Positions 9,405 to 18,334 of a DNA stretch of 64,000 nt are shown here, one piece after another. Within the stretch, counting starts at the first letter, position 1. Each line of letters opens with the position of its first letter. The position numbers and the translations under genes were made by a program. This DNA comes from a virus. Under the pieces are notes generated by a model, which was not told the origin of the DNA, ran no database searches, and saw nothing but the letters and a program-made list of their open reading frames with translations. The stretch lies in IMG/VR virus record IMGVR_UViG_3300037466_003065, positions 64,001 to 128,000 of that record, one strand, 5' to 3'.

Positions 9405-9983
9405 ATGCTCAACATGGTGAAATCATTGATTGACGAGGGTCTCTCTTTGGCTCAAATCGGGGAGCGTGTTGGCTGGCACTATCTGAAGGTTTATCGCTTT
9501 CTCAACGAGCACGGGCTCAAGACCAAGCATCGTCGCAAGGCTCGCACCCTCCCTTCTCGCAATCGCCCCCACCTATGTGAGTGTGGCGAGTCAGACCCGT
9601 CTCGCTTCAGCAGGAAGAACAAAACCGTCTGCATGGCATGCGTCCAGGCTGCGGTACGTGTACGGGTTAAGCAGCTTCGCCGGCAGATGATCGATTTTCT
9701 TGGGGGGCAATGCTGCCTGTGCGAGTTCAGCTTGTACCCATCCGCGCTCCATATCCACCATTTCGATCCAGCGATCAAAGATCCGCGGCTAAAAAAGGAC
9801 GGGGATGCGTGGCTTAGTTGGCGATGGGAGCGAGTTGAGGTTGAGCTGAGAAAGTGCGTCCTTTTGTGTGCCAACTGTCATGCGGGGGTTACTTGGGATG
9901 GCGCTATTGTCCCCCCGAATAAAATGCCACCTCACCTCTTGTACTCGAATTTAATCCCGGGTACATTACCTACCCATAAGTGA
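9405..9983 (+). CDS. HNH endonuclease with N-terminal HTH, probable mobile homing endonuclease
   Basis: CCLC...LHIHHFDP...CVLLCANCH; visibly more A/T-rich than flanks. Confidence 0.85.
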   Translation: MLNMVKSLIDEGLSLAQIGERVGWHYLKVYRFLNEHGLKTKHRRKARTLPSRNRPHLCECGESDPSRFSRKNKTVCMACVQAAVRVRVKQLRRQMIDFLGGQCCLCEFSLYPSALHIHHFDPAIKDPRLKKDGDAWLSWRWERVEVELRKCVLLCANCHAGVTWDGAIVPPNKMPPHLLYSNLIPGTLPTHK

Positions 9984-9993
9984 GTCTGATCCC

Positions 9994-10593
9994 ATGAATA
10001 ATCCCACCACCAAGAGCTTTGAGGACTGGCGGCGGGAGTTGGACGGGGCGTACCCACCGGGTCGCCTCGTCCACTCCTACGGGGGAGACCACCCGAACAT
10101 CCTGATCGTGGGGTACAAGGCCGTCCGCGGCGAACAGCACCCGTTCCAGACGTCCCCGGGCATCAGGGTGGTCGAGGGCCTCGTCCGCCTCGGCGTGCCC
10201 CCGGCGGCCGTCCGGATCGGCTACCTGTTCCGCGACCACGAGGCGCCGAACGACGATAAGGCGTGTACCAAGCTGTGGGTCAAGGAGCTCATGGAGGAGA
10301 TCGACATCCTCAAGCCCCGGGCCGTCCTCCTGCTCGGCAAGCGGGTGGCCGACACCATCCTCGGCGTCAACGACAACGACATCGACAAGTACCGCCGCAC
10401 CCGGTTCGCCACCAAGCCGCTGGGGGTCAACTTCATGGTGACCTACTCGCCGGAGGAGCTGGCGGCCGCCGGCGACTGGGACACCGAGACCTCCAAGACG
10501 TTCATGGAAGACCTCTTCGCCCTGGTCACCGTGAACGAGAAGCACTACCCAAACCTGATCCTGCTCGCCCCGGCCAAGGAGGGGATGAAGTAA
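9994..10593 (+). CDS. uracil-DNA glycosylase family-4-like fold protein (degenerate motifs)
   Basis: LIVG, ACTKLWVKEL.EEIDILKPRAVLLLGKRVA..ILG and VTYSP match the family-4 UDG core; canonical GE(A/G)PG and HPA motifs absent. Confidence 0.65.
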   Translation: MNNPTTKSFEDWRRELDGAYPPGRLVHSYGGDHPNILIVGYKAVRGEQHPFQTSPGIRVVEGLVRLGVPPAAVRIGYLFRDHEAPNDDKACTKLWVKELMEEIDILKPRAVLLLGKRVADTILGVNDNDIDKYRRTRFATKPLGVNFMVTYSPEELAAAGDWDTETSKTFMEDLFALVTVNEKHYPNLILLAPAKEGMK

Positions 10594-12071
10594 TGCCCAA
10601 GGCACCCGACATCCAGTTCCTCGACGACGCGGCCCACGTCGCCGCCCGCAAGTACATCGTCGAGCAGTTCCCCGGCGTCGTCGGCGTCAAGCTGAAGCAG
10701 GACGACGGCAGTCCGTGGCTGGTCAACCCGTCCAACAACACGACGTACAACGTCGCGGTCGGCATGCCCCAGCAGGATCCCCGCATCCTGACCGTAGCCT
10801 TCCTCGCCGGCGCCCTGCCGCGGTTCGGCCGGGTCGGTTCGGTCTGGTACGGCCTGCTCAACCCAGCCACCTCCCAACTCCACCTGATCACGACGGCCGA
10901 CCTGACGGCCCTGATGAACAACTGGCAGGCGACGGCCGGCGGGGTGACGGTGACCCAGAACGGCGAGTACCTGATGTTCCACCTGAACGTCGCGTACCTC
11001 CAGGACACCAACAAGATCCGCAAGACGTTCACGCTGGGCAAGGGCGACGACAGCTTCGACATGTTCCGCCGGCTCGACGGGGCCACGGACGACGGCTTCT
11101 GCCACCTGCACGCCCACTCGATGTACTCCCTGCTCGACGGGGCCACCTCGATCGAGGGCATGGCCCGGGCGGCGGCCCTGAACGGCCAGAAGGCGATGGC
11201 CCTGACCGACCACGGGGTCATGTTCGGCACGTGGAAGTTCTACAAGGCGTGCCGGGAGTGGGGCGTCAAGCCCCTGCTCGGCGTCGAGGCGTACGTCGTC
11301 GACGACCTGCACGACGGGTACCGCACCGCGGACGGCACCAAGGCCCGGTTCGAACACCACATGGGCATGGTGGCCATGAACGACGAGGGCTGGGGGAACC
11401 TCTGCCAGATGATGTCGGAGGCCAGCCGGGACTGGTTCCACTACGTCCCCCGGATCGGGCACGAGCTGATCCGGAAGTACAACAAGGGCATCATCTTCTT
11501 CACCGGCTGCTTTAAGGGTCTCGCCCCCTGGTACTGCCAGGACTTCGACCCGCCGCCCGCCGACATGCCTACCGGTCAGCACAAGTGGTGGTTCAAGAAG
11601 GATCTCGACCGGGCCTTCCGCTACCTCCAGTTCTACAAGGAGATGCTCGGCGACCGCCTGTACGGCGAGGTCATGAACATCGACTTCGAGCGGTACATGC
11701 GGTGCGTTCCGACGCTCCGCGAGATGTACGCCAAGCTCGGGATCAAGGAGTTCATGTCGAACGACTGCCACTACGAGACGGCCGAGGAGTCGATCGTCCA
11801 GGCCCTCGCGTCCCGCATCAACAACACGAAGGTCGACGAGCTGGGGGACAAGTTCACGAAGCAGGGCTGCTACTTCATCAAGTCGGTGGCCGAGATGAAG
11901 GCCGACTGGACGAGCCCGAATTTGTTCAGCACGACCATGGAGGTTGCCGAACGTTGCAACATCGACTGGTCGCCGAAGAAGGGGGAATCGAAGTATTTGT
12001 TCCCACGATTCCCAGTCGAAGACGATGTCGATTGGCAAGAGTTCTTGCAGAGCGAAGGAGCACGCCAGTGA
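10593..12071 (+). CDS. dnaE: DnaE N-terminal half: ~165-aa unknown domain fused to the PHP domain of DNA polymerase III alpha
   Basis: HLHAHSMYSLLDG, LTDHG, GVEAY, FTGC, SNDCHY PHP motifs; ends YLFPRFP..., where the DnaE palm normally begins. Confidence 0.9.
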   Translation: MPKAPDIQFLDDAAHVAARKYIVEQFPGVVGVKLKQDDGSPWLVNPSNNTTYNVAVGMPQQDPRILTVAFLAGALPRFGRVGSVWYGLLNPATSQLHLITTADLTALMNNWQATAGGVTVTQNGEYLMFHLNVAYLQDTNKIRKTFTLGKGDDSFDMFRRLDGATDDGFCHLHAHSMYSLLDGATSIEGMARAAALNGQKAMALTDHGVMFGTWKFYKACREWGVKPLLGVEAYVVDDLHDGYRTADGTKARFEHHMGMVAMNDEGWGNLCQMMSEASRDWFHYVPRIGHELIRKYNKGIIFFTGCFKGLAPWYCQDFDPPPADMPTGQHKWWFKKDLDRAFRYLQFYKEMLGDRLYGEVMNIDFERYMRCVPTLREMYAKLGIKEFMSNDCHYETAEESIVQALASRINNTKVDELGDKFTKQGCYFIKSVAEMKADWTSPNLFSTTMEVAERCNIDWSPKKGESKYLFPRFPVEDDVDWQEFLQSEGARQ

Positions 12072-12751
12072 ATCACATCGACCTCAATCGTATTGCCACG
12101 TCGTATCGTCCGATCCACCTGAACGTCCCGGATCACGCCAGCTTCCAGAACGAGCACGAGCCCCACGCCTTCAACGGCCTGGTGCAGCAGACCCTGAAGT
12201 GCGCGAACTTCAAGGACTGGAAGAACCGGATGACCCACCTCCAGATCTCCGAGCGTGATCTGAGCAACCCGCCGCCGACGCCCCGCTACCTCGAGATCGG
12301 GACGTACCGCGGGTGCAGCCTGGTGCAGGTCTTCGCGATGTGCCCGGGCATGGAGCTGCACACGCTGAACATCCTCCCCGAGCAGGCCCGGGACAAGACG
12401 ATCGAACTGCTCCCGAAGGAGGAGATCGGTCTCGCCGCACGTCAGCAGGGGATCGCGTTCACCCAGCACTACGGCGACAGCAAGGAGTTCGACTTCTCCG
12501 AGCTGGGCGAGTTCGACGTCATCTTCATCGACGGCTGTCACGAGCCAAGCTACGTCAAGTACGACGCCGTCACCGGCCGAAACCTGCTCTCGCCGGGCGG
12601 TGTCCTGATTTTCCACGACTACCACGACCGAAACGAGATCGGTCGCGGGGTCATGAAGATGCTCGACTACCTCAACTCCGGAGCCCTCTTCGACGGCCAA
12701 CTCCAGCACATCGAAGGCACCTCCCTCGTGTACTGGAGGAAGCCGCTGTGA
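12068..12751 (+). CDS. class I SAM-dependent methyltransferase (Methyltransf_24-like)
   Basis: YLEIGTYRGCS; FDVIFIDGCH...PGGVLIFHDY; GTGA overlap with the PHP gene stop. Confidence 0.88.
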   Translation: MNHIDLNRIATSYRPIHLNVPDHASFQNEHEPHAFNGLVQQTLKCANFKDWKNRMTHLQISERDLSNPPPTPRYLEIGTYRGCSLVQVFAMCPGMELHTLNILPEQARDKTIELLPKEEIGLAARQQGIAFTQHYGDSKEFDFSELGEFDVIFIDGCHEPSYVKYDAVTGRNLLSPGGVLIFHDYHDRNEIGRGVMKMLDYLNSGALFDGQLQHIEGTSLVYWRKPL

Positions 12752-12936
12752 AGCTGGTTACCCACTCCTTCAGCAAGCCGTGGATCAAGCTGTGCTGGGC
12801 CCTGTACTGGCCCGACAAGTACCGAGTCTTCCGCGTGACCTGGTGGCTCCTCGGCTTCATCCCCTTCTGGACTGGCGTCTACGCAACCCCCGACCAGACC
12901 GGCGTCGCAGACGCCCCCATCGACGAGTACACCTGA
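12748..12936 (+). CDS. small hypothetical protein (W-rich)
   Basis: GTGA-coupled 62-aa ORF. Confidence 0.5.
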   Translation: MKLVTHSFSKPWIKLCWALYWPDKYRVFRVTWWLLGFIPFWTGVYATPDQTGVADAPIDEYT

Positions 12937-13124
12937 TGCGAGACCTTCACGACGACGACTACACCCCACCGCCCGAACCCGAAAACATCATGGAACTGGA
13001 CGAGAACGAGCGGATCATCCTCGGCCGCTATCGCCAGTGCGGCAGGGTAAGCACGGAAATCGCCAAGCTCTTCAACGACCTCGCAGCGAGCTACTCCAAT
13101 GAGAATCCTGATCGCCCGACATAA
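12936..13124 (+). CDS. small hypothetical protein
   Basis: TGATG-coupled 62-aa ORF. Confidence 0.5.
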   Translation: MRDLHDDDYTPPPEPENIMELDENERIILGRYRQCGRVSTEIAKLFNDLAASYSNENPDRPT

Positions 13125-13872
13125 CGGCCTCGGTGATATGGTGATGCTGTTCCCGTTCATCGGGACGTACCTCGCCGCCGGCCACCAGGTGACGGTGGAG
13201 ACCCACCCGCGGAACCATGAGTTCCTCCGTTGGGTCTTCCCCTCGGTTCAGACTCTAGCCTGCACGTGCGACCCCTACACTGACTTCCGCCAGCGACAGC
13301 ACGGGTTCGACGTGCTCCTCAACTACAACCGGCTCGAGCTCATTGACGGGTTGTACCGGGATCTCGGCTTGCCCGCCCTCAACTGGCAGTTGCAGTGCTT
13401 AGCAATCGCACTGCAGGCCGGTCTGCCTCGGGTCGCCGACCTGTCGCCCAGCGCGTACGTCGACTACCCGGTCAAGAAGGTCAGGGGGTCGGTGATGGTC
13501 TTCACGCGGTCGACCCATCACTCCCGCACCATGGGCCCGAGCGTCGTCGATCAGCTCCGCCAGAAGTACCCCAACGCCACGATCGACCCGGAGTACGAGA
13601 CCCAGGTCGGCCTCGCCGAACACATCGCCCACGCCGACCTCGTGATCGGCATGGACAGCGGTGCGATCCATGTGGCCGAGGCGTTCAAGACGCGGTGGGT
13701 CTGCCTGCACACGACGTTCGACGAGGCGTCCCGACACCAGTTCTACAAGCACGGCGTCTGCCACCAGTCCGATCACACCTCCTCGCCCTGTTACGCCCAC
13801 GACGGGTGCGGCTTCTGCGGCGGGGCGTGTCCGAGCGAGTTCAACATCAAGGAGCTCAGTAATGGCCAATGA
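13099..13872 (+). CDS. glycosyltransferase family 9 (heptosyltransferase-like)
   Basis: RILIARHNGLGDMVM N-terminal motif and ADLVIGMDSGAIHVA C-terminal motif. Confidence 0.85.
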   Translation: MRILIARHNGLGDMVMLFPFIGTYLAAGHQVTVETHPRNHEFLRWVFPSVQTLACTCDPYTDFRQRQHGFDVLLNYNRLELIDGLYRDLGLPALNWQLQCLAIALQAGLPRVADLSPSAYVDYPVKKVRGSVMVFTRSTHHSRTMGPSVVDQLRQKYPNATIDPEYETQVGLAEHIAHADLVIGMDSGAIHVAEAFKTRWVCLHTTFDEASRHQFYKHGVCHQSDHTSSPCYAHDGCGFCGGACPSEFNIKELSNGQ

Positions 13873-14422
13873 GGCAAAGAAGGTTCTGTCCCGCGTCGAG
13901 AAGATGGTCAGCAAGGGCAAGGTCGTAGACCTCGGCTGCGGCCCCTTCAAGATCCACCCCAACGCGATCGGCGTCGACCCGGGCGGGTACGAGGGAATCG
14001 AGTCGCAGTCCTCGCTCGAGTACCTGAAGGCCCTGCCCGACAACAGCGTCGACGTGGTCTTCAGCTCGCACTACTTCGAGCACGAGCGGGAGATCGCCGA
14101 AGTCCTCGGCCACGTCACCCGCACCCTCAAGCCGGACGGCAAGCTAATCGCCTACCTGCCCAACCGCCTGGCTTACAAGGGCGCCGACGGGAACGACCCG
14201 AACGGCGACCACGTGAACCACTGGACGGCCGGCGAGTTCGCCGACCTGATCCTCGCGGTCACACCACTCGTCATCCTGTCCATCGAGAACCGCGTTGACG
14301 GCGTCCCGCCGAACCACGCGTTCACCGGCAACGGCGAGACCGAGCACCCCGACACCGGCAAGTGGGAGTACAGCTTCCTCGTCATCGCCCGCAAGCCCAA
14401 GCCCTCGGAGGTGGCGAAGTGA
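13862..14422 (+). CDS. class I SAM-dependent methyltransferase (Methyltransf_11-like)
   Basis: VVDLGCG; SVDVVFSSHYFEH; LKPDGKL. Confidence 0.88.
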   Translation: MANEAKKVLSRVEKMVSKGKVVDLGCGPFKIHPNAIGVDPGGYEGIESQSSLEYLKALPDNSVDVVFSSHYFEHEREIAEVLGHVTRTLKPDGKLIAYLPNRLAYKGADGNDPNGDHVNHWTAGEFADLILAVTPLVILSIENRVDGVPPNHAFTGNGETEHPDTGKWEYSFLVIARKPKPSEVAK

Positions 14423-14778
14423 TCTTCACCCTCCCCCTCTGGTTCCTCGCCTGCCACATGGTCGGCGACTACATCTTCCAGACCGACGACATGGCGGCCA
14501 AGAAGATGAGCTGCCCACAAGTGCGGACGAAGCACGTGATCTGGTACCTCGTCCCGTTCGCGATGACGGCGCCGCGGTTCATCTTCCTCCTGCACGGCCA
14601 CGGCCTCGACGCCTGGTACCGGTACCTCATGTTCCTGTTCACCCTCGGCCTGATGCACTGGATCACGGACATGCGGCGGTGGGCGTCCGGCGAGAAGTGG
14701 TGTGCGAAGCCCATCATGGTCGATCAGACCTTGCACGTGCTCCAGATCTCGCTCTGTACCTCCTGGTTCATCTGCTAA
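14419..14778 (+). CDS. DUF3307-like membrane protein
   Basis: HMVGDYIFQT...K, HWITD and DQTLH motifs with hydrophobic segments. Confidence 0.8.
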   Translation: MIFTLPLWFLACHMVGDYIFQTDDMAAKKMSCPQVRTKHVIWYLVPFAMTAPRFIFLLHGHGLDAWYRYLMFLFTLGLMHWITDMRRWASGEKWCAKPIMVDQTLHVLQISLCTSWFIC

Positions 14779-14815
14779 CAGGTGCCGGACGGTGGCAAGC
14801 CGCCCGGAACCCATC

Positions 14816-17299
14816 ATGACCCACGACCCCGACCAACTGAACCGATTCTTGAAGTACAAGGTCATTAAAGGGTTCCGGGAAGCCGGCCTCCCGATGACCC
14901 AGCCCTACCTCGAGCGCATCGACTTCGAGCTGGGCATCATCAAGCAGATGGGCTTCGACCAATACTTCTTGATCGTGGCCGACCTGTGTCGGTTCATGCG
15001 GTCGAAGAAGATCAAGTTCCTCGTCCGCGGCTCGGGTTGCGGAAGCTGTGTCGTCTGGGGGCTTCGGATCTCGCACAAGTGGCTCGACCCGATCCAGTAC
15101 GGCCTCCCGTTCGAACGCTTCCTCAACCCGAGCCGGGTGACGATGCCCGACTTGGACATCGACATCCAGGACGACCGGCGGCACGAGGTCGTCACGTACA
15201 CGCTGGAGAAGTACGGCCGCGACCGGGTCGCCCGCATCATTACGTTCGGCACCATGGGCGCCAAGGTGGCGATCGCCGACACCTGCCGGGCCCTGCAGAT
15301 CGAGAACTACCAGGAGGTGGCGGCCAAGATCACCGCCCTGATCCCCGCCGGCAAGGGCGAGGACGGGAAAAACATCCGCATCGCCGACGAGCTGAAGCGG
15401 AACGAGGCACTGCGTGAGCAGCAGAAGCTGTACCCGCAGGTCTTCGAGATGGCCCAGAAGATCGAGGGCAAGGTGCGGCACGCGTCGATCCACGCGGCCG
15501 GCATCATCATCGCCCCCGACGTGATCACGAAGTACGCCCCGCTGTTCTTCAAGGGCAACCCGGACAACCGCTCCGAGGAGGACAACTTCCCCACGATCCA
15601 GTGGGACATGTACGACGCGGAAGAACGCGGCATGTTGAAGATGGACTTCCTCGGGCTCAAGACGCTCCGGGTCATCGACCAGACCGAGCGGCAGATCCGG
15701 GAGGTGCAGAAGGCCCGCGGCGAGGCGCCGACCTTCGACATCGACGAGATCGACCGGTACGACGACCCGGCCTGGCGGGTACTGGCGGCCGGGCAGACGG
15801 CCGGCGTGTTCCAGATCGAGCGGGGGTTCGTCCGCAACTTCGCCCGCCGCATGTCCCTGATGCGGAAAGACCCGTGGCAGCTCGCCATCCTGATCTCCAT
15901 CATCCGCCCCGGCATGATGGACACCGGCGCCACCGAGGAGTACCTCAAGCGTGCCTCCGGGAAGTCGGCCCCCACCCCGCTCGACGCCCTACTGGAGGAG
16001 ACCCTCAGGGGCAACTTCGGCCTGTTCGTGTTCCAGGAGGACTGCATGTGGGCGGCCGTGCGGATGGCCGGCCTCAGCCTGTCGAAGGCCGACGAGCTGC
16101 GTCGCGCGATCGGCAAGAAGAAGCCCAAGGACATGGCGGCGATCAAGCCCGAGTTCATCCAGGGCTGCATCAAGAACGGGGCGACGTTGGAGCGGGCCGA
16201 GTTCGTCTGGCAGAACATGGAGACGTTCGGCCGCTACGGGTTCAACAACGCCCACGCGGCGGCCTACGGGATGGTCGGCTCGTACCAGACGGCCTACCTC
16301 AAGGCCAACTGGCCCGTCCTGTACATGACGAACTTGATCAACTCCGAAGCCGGGGTGGGCAACAAGGACGACGGCTACAACTGCAAGGTCGCCGAGTACG
16401 TCGAGGAGTCCCGCATGATGGGCCTCAAGGTGCTCAAGCCGTGCGTCCTGAAGTCGCAGGCGATGTGCCACCCGGTGTGGCCCAACCAGATCCGCTTCGG
16501 CCTGTCGCTGGTCAAGAAGGTCAGCTCGGGCGCCGTCGCCTGGGTGGGCCAGAAGTGCCGAGACGCCGTGAGCCTGAAGGACTTCATGCTCAAGTCCCTG
16601 TCGATCGAGCTGAACGAACGAAACGAGGAGAGACCCCATGTCATGGTTGGGAAGGGAGACTTGGAAGGACTGGCCCTCTCCGGCGCTCTGGACGTGTTTG
16701 AGGGTAACCGCAGCCGCATCCTCGCGATGCTTCCGACTCTACAGGAGCTTGCGAAGGGGTTTCATGAACAGTCTTGCAAGGTTCGGGCCGGCAAAGGCGC
16801 TCGCATGCGCAAGACGCCGGAGGCGGTTATGCAGACGCTGGAGGCGTACCGGATCGAGGACGACGACATTCCGAACGAGATGACCCTCGAGCGCCAGCTC
16901 GAGCGTGAGCGGGAGGTGACCGGCTGCTACCTCTCCGACTCCCCGTTCACCCCGTACAAGTCGGCGATCGACCAATGGGTCACCTGCACGGTTGGCGAGA
17001 TTCTACAGGGGCACGCCGAACAGCCGATGATCTTCGTGGCCGTCCTGACCAAGTTCCGCGAGATTGTGGTCAAGAACGGCAAGAACGCCGGCCAGACCAT
17101 GGCCATCATGCAGTGGGGCGGCGTCGACGGCGACGTCGAGACCGCTGCTTTCAGCCGCCAGTGGGCCGACATCAAGGCCAAGCCGGGCGGCGTCGAGAAG
17201 GGCAAGGTCTACTTGGTTATGGTGACGCCGGATCGTGACGGCGTGCGGGTGAACATCAAGGATATTTTGAGGTTGAGCAACTGCGGCTACGCCGACTGA
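14816..17299 (+). CDS. dnaE: DnaE C-terminal part: palm, thumb, fingers, HhH and OB domains of DNA polymerase III alpha
   Basis: GFDQYFLIV, RGSGCGS, FERFLNP, PDLDID (catalytic), HAAG, KMDFLGL, YGFNNAHAAAY and C-terminal OB fold; lacks PHP. Confidence 0.95.
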   Translation: MTHDPDQLNRFLKYKVIKGFREAGLPMTQPYLERIDFELGIIKQMGFDQYFLIVADLCRFMRSKKIKFLVRGSGCGSCVVWGLRISHKWLDPIQYGLPFERFLNPSRVTMPDLDIDIQDDRRHEVVTYTLEKYGRDRVARIITFGTMGAKVAIADTCRALQIENYQEVAAKITALIPAGKGEDGKNIRIADELKRNEALREQQKLYPQVFEMAQKIEGKVRHASIHAAGIIIAPDVITKYAPLFFKGNPDNRSEEDNFPTIQWDMYDAEERGMLKMDFLGLKTLRVIDQTERQIREVQKARGEAPTFDIDEIDRYDDPAWRVLAAGQTAGVFQIERGFVRNFARRMSLMRKDPWQLAILISIIRPGMMDTGATEEYLKRASGKSAPTPLDALLEETLRGNFGLFVFQEDCMWAAVRMAGLSLSKADELRRAIGKKKPKDMAAIKPEFIQGCIKNGATLERAEFVWQNMETFGRYGFNNAHAAAYGMVGSYQTAYLKANWPVLYMTNLINSEAGVGNKDDGYNCKVAEYVEESRMMGLKVLKPCVLKSQAMCHPVWPNQIRFGLSLVKKVSSGAVAWVGQKCRDAVSLKDFMLKSLSIELNERNEERPHVMVGKGDLEGLALSGALDVFEGNRSRILAMLPTLQELAKGFHEQSCKVRAGKGARMRKTPEAVMQTLEAYRIEDDDIPNEMTLERQLEREREVTGCYLSDSPFTPYKSAIDQWVTCTVGEILQGHAEQPMIFVAVLTKFREIVVKNGKNAGQTMAIMQWGGVDGDVETAAFSRQWADIKAKPGGVEKGKVYLVMVTPDRDGVRVNIKDILRLSNCGYAD

Positions 17300-17308
17300 G
17301 GACAAACA

Positions 17309-17839
17309 ATGAGATACGAGTTCCAGTGCAACGATTGTCAAGGCCCCCGCCCCGAGGGCGCCCCGAAGACCGGGGCCATCAACGTGGCCCACGAGCGGGA
17401 CTTCCCGATCGGCAAGGCCCCCAAGCTGGGCGCCAAGGTGAAGTGCCCGAACTGCAGGAAGAAGTCGGCCGCCCGCATTGTCTCCGAGGGCATCCAGGGC
17501 ATCGTCCGCGGCAAGGCCGTGGTCGACTGGCGGCACGGCCAATCCGTGATCGAGCGTCTGCCGGACGGGCAGGAGGTCAAGATGACCTTCGTCGATCACC
17601 CGCACACCTCGACGGAGTACCAGCGTAACCTCGCCCACCTCGCCAAGAAGGAGGAGATCACGGCGCCGAACGTGTCGGCCCTCTCCAAGGCGTACTACTC
17701 CGAGAAGCACGACCGCCTGGTCGTCGACGTCCACTCCAACGTCAAGGATCCGCTGGGCACGATCGAGCGGAACAAGAAGAACATCAGCGTGACCAAGCGG
17801 CACGTCGGCCAGAAGGTCAAGATCCGGGGGCAGAAGTAA
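17309..17839 (+). CDS. FmdB-like zinc-ribbon protein
   Basis: MRYEFQCNDC...CPNC. Confidence 0.65.
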   Translation: MRYEFQCNDCQGPRPEGAPKTGAINVAHERDFPIGKAPKLGAKVKCPNCRKKSAARIVSEGIQGIVRGKAVVDWRHGQSVIERLPDGQEVKMTFVDHPHTSTEYQRNLAHLAKKEEITAPNVSALSKAYYSEKHDRLVVDVHSNVKDPLGTIERNKKNISVTKRHVGQKVKIRGQK

Positions 17840-18333
17840 TGGGAGTCCCACCGTCCCCCCCGGCCGCCCCGAAGCCGAAGGTCGTCGTACCGGGCATCGG
17901 CTCTCCGCTCCCGCAGCCCCCACAGGGCGGCGAGCGGGTCATGCAGCAGCGGAGGATCCCGGTCACCACGGGCATCGGCATGCCGGTGCCCGAGGAGCAC
18001 AGGCCGGAGAACGCCGCCAGCCACCTGCTCAACTCGGTCTACCAGGACGAGGTGGGGCGGATGCTGCTGGCCCCCGAGGTGATGGCCCAGCTCCCGCAGT
18101 GGGCCGCCTACATCATCAACCAGAACCGCACGCTCACGATCGAGCTGCAGGTGCTGACCAGCCTCCTGATGAAGCGGGGCCTGATCACCCAGGTCGAGCT
18201 CACCCAGTTCCACCAGCAGGTCATGAAGGCCCACGACGAGCACTTCGCCAAGATGGTCGCCCAGCTTGGGCGGCAGTTCGGCCCCAAGCCGCCGCCCGCC
18301 CAGGAACCCGCCCCCGACCCCCGGAGACTCTGA
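17839..18333 (+). CDS. hypothetical protein
   Basis: TAATG-coupled 164-aa ORF. Confidence 0.7.
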   Translation: MGVPPSPPAAPKPKVVVPGIGSPLPQPPQGGERVMQQRRIPVTTGIGMPVPEEHRPENAASHLLNSVYQDEVGRMLLAPEVMAQLPQWAAYIINQNRTLTIELQVLTSLLMKRGLITQVELTQFHQQVMKAHDEHFAKMVAQLGRQFGPKPPPAQEPAPDPRRL

Positions 18334-18334
18334 G

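Noticed and set aside
12072-14815. Group I intron or split intein explaining the dnaE interruption
   Set aside because: The interval is filled with coupled protein genes, and neither intein terminal motifs nor an intron-like non-coding core were seen.
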